From assembly GCA_963674865.2 (NCBI GenBank), contig CAXXYE010000009.1:736001-800000 (forward strand): 64,000 bases of DNA, read 5' to 3'. Both the position numbers and the translations under genes were made by a program. The notes beneath the pieces are model-generated. The model did no database searches and was not told where the DNA came from. It saw nothing but the letters and a program-made list of their open reading frames with translations. Source of the stretch: Candidatus Hydrogenedentota bacterium (lineage in GTDB: Bacteria > Hydrogenedentota > Hydrogenedentia > Hydrogenedentales > SLHB01). This document shows positions 58,170 to 64,000 of this stretch, in pieces; positions within the stretch are counted from its first letter, which is position 1; every line of letters begins with the position of its first letter.

Positions 58170-59750
58170 TCACACCTTCGGTTCCCCGAAGACAATCGCC
58201 TCGAACACGGTGAACGAGGCCCCCTCCTTCCAGGCGTCGGGCGGCAAGCCGGCCTTTTGCGCCAGATGAGTTAACGTCTGTTCGATATCCCAGCCTTGCT
58301 CGGGCGCTACCTGCGGAAGATACACCGCGCCGGTGTGCCCCTTCTCGAGAATGACGCCGTGTTTTCCGAGGACGATGTCGTGGTAAGACGCCACGGGCCT
58401 CGGGGGAGAGAGCGCAGATATCTCGATGTGCAGGTTTGGCACCTCGGCCTCCTCAACCGGCGGGAATCTGTAGTCGTGGAGTGCAGAGCGGATGACGCGA
58501 TCCATAACCGCCTCGTAAACCGCCCGGCGCGACTCGATCTCGCCGATGCACCCGCGCAGCCGGCCCGCTTCGTGGAGCGTCACGAAGGCCCCCATCTTCT
58601 GGCGCATGCCCGGCGTGATGGGAACGCCGAGTTCATCGGGCGTGGGCATACGGTGATGCGCCATGTAGTAGGTGAGCGTGCCGCGGGCGAGCTTCAGCAA
58701 GTTCTCCTTGTCTTCATCCGTCAGCATTGCGCTCTCCTCCGGCGCTGCTTCCGCCTTTGCGCCGTCCCACGTGCCGGTGAAGGCGACGCTCACGTAGCTT
58801 ACCGAGTTTCCGAAGTCCCCCGTCATGTTGCCGGAGGTATCGTATTTCAGGAGATGCACCGTGCTCGTCTCGGGCAGCATGGAGAGCAGCACGGCTATGG
58901 GGCAGCGTCCGCAGATGGTGGCGCCCGTGTCGGCGACGTAGTCCAGGAAGGCAACGGTGTCTTTGCGCTCGATGGCCGCGAAGGCCCCCATATCCAGTTT
59001 CTCCAGATTGGCCGCGATATCGTCCCGGAAAGGCACGTATCCGAAGTTCCAGCCGTAGTGTGTGAAGTCCGAACTCGCGACAACGAGCGTGTCCTCGTCA
59101 ATCAGGCCCAAGAGTATCGTGGCTACTGTGCGCGCGGTATCGAGATCCAATTGCCCGAGCACAATCGGCACCAGTCGGAACTCGCCAAGTACGTGCTGCA
59201 AGAAAGGTACCTGGATCTGCACACTGTGTTCGGCCTGATGCACCTCAGGCACGCTCTGAAAGTAAGGATGCTTCCGCAGGGCGGCGAGGAAGTCGGTATC
59301 CAGCGGCACCTCGCCCAAGGGCGTAGCCAGATGCGTGACGTCCGGCACACTGGCGCGATTGTTCATGGCCACGCGGTGGCTCGGGCCCATGACGACTACG
59401 CGGCTAAAGGAGCGGCCGGCAATCGTTGCCAGCCCGCAAGCCGCCGTCTGCCCCGACCACTGATAGCCCGCATGGGGAAGGATGAGCGCGTGGACGTTCT
59501 CGAGCTTCGGGGGGGGCGCGTTGCTCAGAAATCCGTCGAGTTCCTGCGTCAAACGCGTTGCATTGCCCTCGTACCACTGGCCCGCCAGTGGAGACACAAG
59601 CACCTTTCGAGCCGGGGCTTCTAGGGGTGTAGGCATGAGCCGCTCCTTTCGCTCAGGGGGACGGCGGAGGGCATAGTAGACGCCCACGCCGGCCAGTGCC
59701 GCCAGTACCGCTACGGCGGCCACCGCAGTCTGGACTCGGGCCTGCGGCAT
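58170..59750 (-). CDS. amrB: AmmeMemoRadiSam system protein B (Memo1-like)-protein A (AMMECR1) fusion with N-terminal hydrophobic anchor
   Basis: AGQWY, PHAGY.WSG, GPSH, EHS, SSDFTHYG, TICG (Memo); GAFVTL...LRGCIG, D.RFPP, YLPQVA, KAGL (AMMECR1). Confidence 0.93.
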   Translation of the reverse strand: MPQARVQTAVAAVAVLAALAGVGVYYALRRPPERKERLMPTPLEAPARKVLVSPLAGQWYEGNATRLTQELDGFLSNAPPPKLENVHALILPHAGYQWSGQTAACGLATIAGRSFSRVVVMGPSHRVAMNNRASVPDVTHLATPLGEVPLDTDFLAALRKHPYFQSVPEVHQAEHSVQIQVPFLQHVLGEFRLVPIVLGQLDLDTARTVATILLGLIDEDTLVVASSDFTHYGWNFGYVPFRDDIAANLEKLDMGAFAAIERKDTVAFLDYVADTGATICGRCPIAVLLSMLPETSTVHLLKYDTSGNMTGDFGNSVSYVSVAFTGTWDGAKAEAAPEESAMLTDEDKENLLKLARGTLTYYMAHHRMPTPDELGVPITPGMRQKMGAFVTLHEAGRLRGCIGEIESRRAVYEAVMDRVIRSALHDYRFPPVEEAEVPNLHIEISALSPPRPVASYHDIVLGKHGVILEKGHTGAVYLPQVAPEQGWDIEQTLTHLAQKAGLPPDAWKEGASFTVFEAIVFGEPKV

Positions 59751-59896
59751 GTTCCCCTTCCTTGCTCAGTATGTCGAAACAATCCAATAAGTATTGTATC
59801 CCTGTTGGCCCAATGGCGCCACCGGCCCTTTTAGCAAGGGGTGTTTGCGCAACTCTCATTAGGGGGATATGGGAGGGGCCGGGAGATGAGAGGCCT

Positions 59897-62824
59897 TCAG
59901 AATGGCCGGGTGGCGGTGAAGGTTACCGTGCCGGAGGGGCATATGACTGCGGCGTCGGATTCGACGGCCCAAGCGGATTCCTCGTCTCGGACGTTGCGCC
60001 GTGTTCGGATGAAGTTGACGCGCCAATCGGCGCCGGATTCCAAGGCGGCGTCGAAGGTGGCGCAGGGAATGGCGAGTTCGGCGCTCCAATGATCGTCGTG
60101 GATGGTTGTGGCGGCCTGCCAGCGGCCGTCCCATCCGCGATCCCATCCGCGGCTGTCATAGCGCGCGGCCAGGGGATTGACGATGAAACGGAACACCTCG
60201 TCCTCGCTTGAAACGATACGGATCTCGAAGGACTCTTCTTCCCAGAGAGGGGCGTCTTGTTGCGTGGCATTCACCACAAGCGTGCCCATGCGCGGTTCGA
60301 AGGCCGTCACGCCGACGTACAGCGCGTCGCGACCGCGGCATAGTTCTACGTGGGTGGGCGCTTCGGGGTAGGCGGAGCCGTCGGCGAGCAGGAAGCCGTC
60401 GAGTTGGGCGGCGGCCGCCCATGGCGCTTCGTCAAGGAGGCCATCGACACTGGGCGCTGTGGACACGCGGGGCCAGGTTGCCTTGGCCGTCCCCTTGAGT
60501 GCCAGCAAGCGGACCTCACGAAGGACGGCGCGCTCGGCGGGAGCGGCGGCGCGCACGCGGATGAACCGCGATGTCGGGGGCCGATCGAGTAGGATGGGTC
60601 CGCGGACGCCGCCCCGGCGTTGCGACGTCCATTCCTGGACGGCCTCAAACCTCGTGCCGTCGGCGCTTCGCTCGACAGTTATGCGGGCCGCGCCCACCGT
60701 CTCGAAGTCGATGCGGAAGAGCGGCCCCGGGCAGGATAGCAGGTCGAACACGGCTTCGGCTTCGTGTTCGTGGTCGATGTACCTCGGCGTTGCGAGGATT
60801 TCGTAGGCCCGGGCGCCCGGCGGCAGGGCGATCTCCCGAAATGGCAAGACGTAGCGGCGAAAGAGGATGGATGAGGGCACAAACAGGCGGGTGGCTTCGA
60901 TGGCATCCAGGATCCGCGACGCGCGCTCTGGGCCGGTTTCAGGATCCGGCTCGGCGACGCCTTCCACCACGTCGCGCAGCCGCGCAGGCACGCTGCTATC
61001 CTGGCTCTCCGCATACGCGGCCTCGAGTTCCAGGTACTCCGACAACAGGCGGTACAGATTCTCCGCAACATCGGCCTGTCGATTATCTTTCGGCAAACGC
61101 TCACGGACGCTATCCAGGACATCTTGGAAAGCTCTGAACTTTTCCCGCGGCGATACGCCGTCCAGAACGGCGCGATTCATCCGCCTGACAAGCGCGTCGA
61201 GCACGTCGTCGTAAGATAGATCCAGCAAGGCGGCGCCGAAGTACTGGTTGAGTCCCTCTCCCCATGCGTCAATGGGATTGCCCTTGGACCACGCCTTCTC
61301 CATGGCGAGGCGCACGTCGTCCCCAAGGGGGACGAGTATTCCTTCGGCAGCGGCGCCCGCCTCGCCCATGGCCGCGGCACAGGCGTAAACGCTCGCCGAT
61401 GCGGCGGCGGGCATGCTCAGGAAGGGGCGGCCCGTCTCGCCCGCCCACACGATGGAATCGGCCGGGCGATAGGGCCGGCCGCCGGGCATCGTGCTTGGGC
61501 GCAGACAAAGGAGGATATCGTCAGGCAAGTCGCGTTCGGCGCCCACTAGCTCGTAGCGCCGTGCATCCTGCGTCGGATCGATGGCGTTCGCCCACATTAT
61601 GAGGCGCACATCGGGATCGATGTCTTCGACAATCTCGCGGCACAGGGCGACGGAACCGACGAAGCACCCGGCATTGGTGTCGTGTCGCTCCCGGCATCGG
61701 ATGTCTTGATTCAGGCGCTCGATGTTCCCATGGCCGATGTGGATCATCTTCGGCTCGAGTACATCGATGAGTCTACCGAGGACCTGCCTCAGTGCCCGCC
61801 GCGTTTCGGGGGCGTGCGGGCAGCAGGCTGCGCTGCCGGGGGGCGCATAGCTGTAGCGAGCCGTGGCGACGGCGCCGCTGGGAATCGCCCCCTCGGGCAA
61901 GGCCCGAATGCGCCACGGGCGGCTGCTTCGGAAGGGATACTCGAGCGGCGGCCCATCCAAGATGTAATCGATGCCTCGCGCGCACGTAACACCCGAAACG
62001 CTGACCTCGACGGGGGACACATCCGGGCCGATCAGGTTGGGATGCGTCAAGGGCTGCCAGTCATTGCCGTAGAATGTCACGAGATCGACGGCGGTTCGCC
62101 CTTCGACCGCGTCGGGGCGGACACTCAACAGGGGGGCCGCGTTGCTCAACGGATCGATGAGTGGGATAGGCTCGATTTGGCGTCGGCGGGCTTCGTCGAA
62201 AAGAGCCCGCCATCTTTCGGCGCATGCTCCTTCGAGGACATAGAGTTCGGGACTCGAGAAGACAATGAGATTGCAGCGTGTCTGGGCGAGTTCGCTGAGG
62301 CGCTCCAGCGGGATCGCCCCCTCGACGAATACGCCACGCGCGTGCAGGTCGGGGTGATCGCGAATATCGACGCAGGGCAGCGACAGGCCGTACTGCCGGA
62401 TGAGCTTAACAAGTGTTTGGAGGCCGTACCAGACGCCCGGCGCATCGGCGCCTACAATGACGATACATTTCTTCGAGATCATCAGACGGTAGGACTGAGG
62501 CCTTGCCTCAGTCATGGGTGCGGCCAGCGAGCGAAGCCGGCGCTGTTGAAACGAGGCATGACGCTCCGCTTCGCCGATGTAGATGGCTGCACGGCCGGGG
62601 CGATCTTCGGCGGCATGAGCGATCTTCAGCGAGAATCCGATGGCGGCGAAGAGGTTCTCGATGCGTTGCTCCTCCTCCCGTGTCGCATCGTCGGCCACGA
62701 CAACCGGCACCGCCCGCGTTAGATCGAAGGCGCCGCTTTCCAGATCAATGGATTGCGGCTCCGGATACAACACCGGCGGGTCGGCGGCGGCCGCGAGGCT
62801 CAAGAGAATAATAAGAGGCAACAC
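59897..62824 (-). CDS. Secreted GH20-like (hexosaminidase domain 2 + barrel) protein with C-terminal CBM9/DOMON-like domain
   Basis: Signal peptide; P.PQ...SY.L.I....I.I.G.D..G.WYG.QTL...I.D.PD...RG; P.VDG.LDE..W, LW.E.S.EI, WSAE.AIP, WRVN..R. Confidence 0.78.
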   Translation of the reverse strand: MLPLIILLSLAAAADPPVLYPEPQSIDLESGAFDLTRAVPVVVADDATREEEQRIENLFAAIGFSLKIAHAAEDRPGRAAIYIGEAERHASFQQRRLRSLAAPMTEARPQSYRLMISKKCIVIVGADAPGVWYGLQTLVKLIRQYGLSLPCVDIRDHPDLHARGVFVEGAIPLERLSELAQTRCNLIVFSSPELYVLEGACAERWRALFDEARRRQIEPIPLIDPLSNAAPLLSVRPDAVEGRTAVDLVTFYGNDWQPLTHPNLIGPDVSPVEVSVSGVTCARGIDYILDGPPLEYPFRSSRPWRIRALPEGAIPSGAVATARYSYAPPGSAACCPHAPETRRALRQVLGRLIDVLEPKMIHIGHGNIERLNQDIRCRERHDTNAGCFVGSVALCREIVEDIDPDVRLIMWANAIDPTQDARRYELVGAERDLPDDILLCLRPSTMPGGRPYRPADSIVWAGETGRPFLSMPAAASASVYACAAAMGEAGAAAEGILVPLGDDVRLAMEKAWSKGNPIDAWGEGLNQYFGAALLDLSYDDVLDALVRRMNRAVLDGVSPREKFRAFQDVLDSVRERLPKDNRQADVAENLYRLLSEYLELEAAYAESQDSSVPARLRDVVEGVAEPDPETGPERASRILDAIEATRLFVPSSILFRRYVLPFREIALPPGARAYEILATPRYIDHEHEAEAVFDLLSCPGPLFRIDFETVGAARITVERSADGTRFEAVQEWTSQRRGGVRGPILLDRPPTSRFIRVRAAAPAERAVLREVRLLALKGTAKATWPRVSTAPSVDGLLDEAPWAAAAQLDGFLLADGSAYPEAPTHVELCRGRDALYVGVTAFEPRMGTLVVNATQQDAPLWEEESFEIRIVSSEDEVFRFIVNPLAARYDSRGWDRGWDGRWQAATTIHDDHWSAELAIPCATFDAALESGADWRVNFIRTRRNVRDEESAWAVESDAAVICPSGTVTFTATRPF

Positions 62825-62847
62825 AAGAACTTATCCGCGTTTGGGCT

Positions 62848-63711
62848 TCAGGTGTCTCGCTCGATGATGAATCGCGCCAGCTTGCGGAAAGGGTCGGCCA
62901 CTTCACCGAAGGGGGCAAGCGCGTCGAGCGCGGCCGCAACGGCTTCCTCAGCCAGTTCCCGGGCGCGTTCAAGCCCGACGAGGCCGGGATAAGTCGATTT
63001 GCGGTTTTCGGCGTCACTGCCGATGGGTTTGCCCAGGGCCTCCTCCGTGCCGGTGACGTCGAGAATATCGTCGGCGATTTGGAAGGCGAGGCCGATGTGA
63101 TCGCCGTAGCGGGACAAGGCTTCCAGCGGGACCTCGTCGGCGCCGGCCAGGAGTGCGCCGCATCGCACCGACGCCCGGATCAGCGCACCCGTCTTACAGG
63201 CATGGAGCCGCCGCAATTCGGGCAGCGCCAGTTCTTGGCCTTCGCTCTGGAGGTCGATTACCTGGCCGCCGACCATGCCCTCGGCTCCAGCGGCGCTGGC
63301 CAACTCGTGGATTACGCGCGCGTCGCCGGCCTCGGCCACCACCTCGAAGGCCATGGTGAGCAGTGCGTCGCCCGCTAGGATGGCGATGCCTTCGCCAACT
63401 ACCTTGTGGAGCGTTGGCTTGCCGCGGCGGAGGTCGTCGTCATCCATGGCAGGGAGGTCATCGTGGATCAAGGAGTAGGTGTGGATCATTTCGAGGGCGC
63501 ATGCCGCGGGCAAAGCGGCCGCGTCGTCGCCGGACACGATGTCCGCGGCGCCGAGGGCCAGCGCGGGCCTGAGCCGTTTCCCCCCAGCGAAGAGGCTGTA
63601 TCGTATCGCCTCGCGCAGCGTCTCGGGGATGTCGGGCCGGCCCGCCAGGTACGCTTCGAGGGCGTCTTCGGCCGTTCGGCCTTTATCGGCGAGAAATTCC
63701 AGCGCCGTCAT
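62848..63711 (-). CDS. ispA: Farnesyl/geranylgeranyl diphosphate synthase
   Basis: GGKRLRP, SLIHDDLPAMDDDDLRRGKPT, GMVGGQ..D, KTGAL, FQIADDILD, KSTYP. Confidence 0.96.
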   Translation of the reverse strand: MTALEFLADKGRTAEDALEAYLAGRPDIPETLREAIRYSLFAGGKRLRPALALGAADIVSGDDAAALPAACALEMIHTYSLIHDDLPAMDDDDLRRGKPTLHKVVGEGIAILAGDALLTMAFEVVAEAGDARVIHELASAAGAEGMVGGQVIDLQSEGQELALPELRRLHACKTGALIRASVRCGALLAGADEVPLEALSRYGDHIGLAFQIADDILDVTGTEEALGKPIGSDAENRKSTYPGLVGLERARELAEEAVAAALDALAPFGEVADPFRKLARFIIERDT

Positions 63712-64000
63712 CAAAACAGCATCTCGCCTTCTGCTTCGTCCCCCTCCTCATCCTCCTCGTCCTCTTCATCGTCGGAATCGCCTTCTTCCTGCTCTTCCTC
63801 GCCAAAGGGCTGGGCTTCGAGTTTTCCCTCGCTATTCTTGGTGAGGACTTCGAGTTTCTTCTCAGCGTCGGTGAGCGCTTTTTCGCACCGCCGCGACAGC
63901 TTGATCCCCTCCTCGAACTTCTTCAAGGATTCGTCTAGAGATAGGTTCCCCTCTTCAAGGGCTTCGACGATCTTTTCGAGTTTCTCGAGATCTTTCTCGA
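63711..64000 (-). CDS. xseB: Exodeoxyribonuclease VII small subunit (5' end outside window) with acidic C-terminal tail
   Basis: EKDLEKLEKIVEALEEGNLSLDESLKKFEEGIKL...L..AE.KL; conserved xseB-ispA order. Confidence 0.93.
   Translation of the reverse strand, partial: EKDLEKLEKIVEALEEGNLSLDESLKKFEEGIKLSRRCEKALTDAEKKLEVLTKNSEGKLEAQPFGEEEQEEGDSDDEEDEEDEEGDEAEGEMLF

Noticed and set aside
58296..59624. 442-aa ORF antisense to amrB-amrA (similar cases at 33343-34413, 42346-43602, 61682-62722)
   Set aside because: Shadow ORFs of clearly identified opposite-strand genes

Overview
GC-rich bacterial chromosomal segment. The gene content (DUF4091/GH123-like, GH20-like and CarboxypepD_reg proteins, URO-D family, DUF1638) is suggestive of a PVC-like or Ca. 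Hydrogenedentota-type organism; this is inference only. No rRNA, tRNA, CRISPR array, transposase, integrase or phage gene was recognised. Housekeeping blocks are ffh-rpsP-khpA-rimM-trmD-rplS-rnhB, groES-groEL and xseB-ispA. Accessory blocks are a six-gene minus-strand glycan-modification cluster (3 glycosyltransferases, methyltransferase, pyruvyltransferase, frameshifted FrhB-like Fe-S protein), an orphan PilB/GspE-HDOD pair, two ABC-2 exporter operons flanking groESL, several small-molecule enzymes and a secreted NiSOD. The most interesting items are: (1) a two-gene operon with a membrane-anchored Memo1-AMMECR1 (AmrB-AmrA) fusion and a 1315-aa membrane protein fusing a degenerate spermidine-synthase-like domain, an ApbE-type FMN-attachment domain and a NosR/NapH-like Fe-S module, with no radical SAM gene beside it; (2) an unannotated ~130-150 nt structured RNA candidate with its own near-consensus sigma70 promoter, followed by a sigma54 promoter and a 59-aa Zn-finger-like ORF missed by the ORF track; (3) a sigma54/IHF/enhancer promoter architecture upstream of groESL; (4) two large secreted hexosaminidase-like proteins that both lack the catalytic Asp-Glu pair. 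All family calls come from motif recognition, not database searches.
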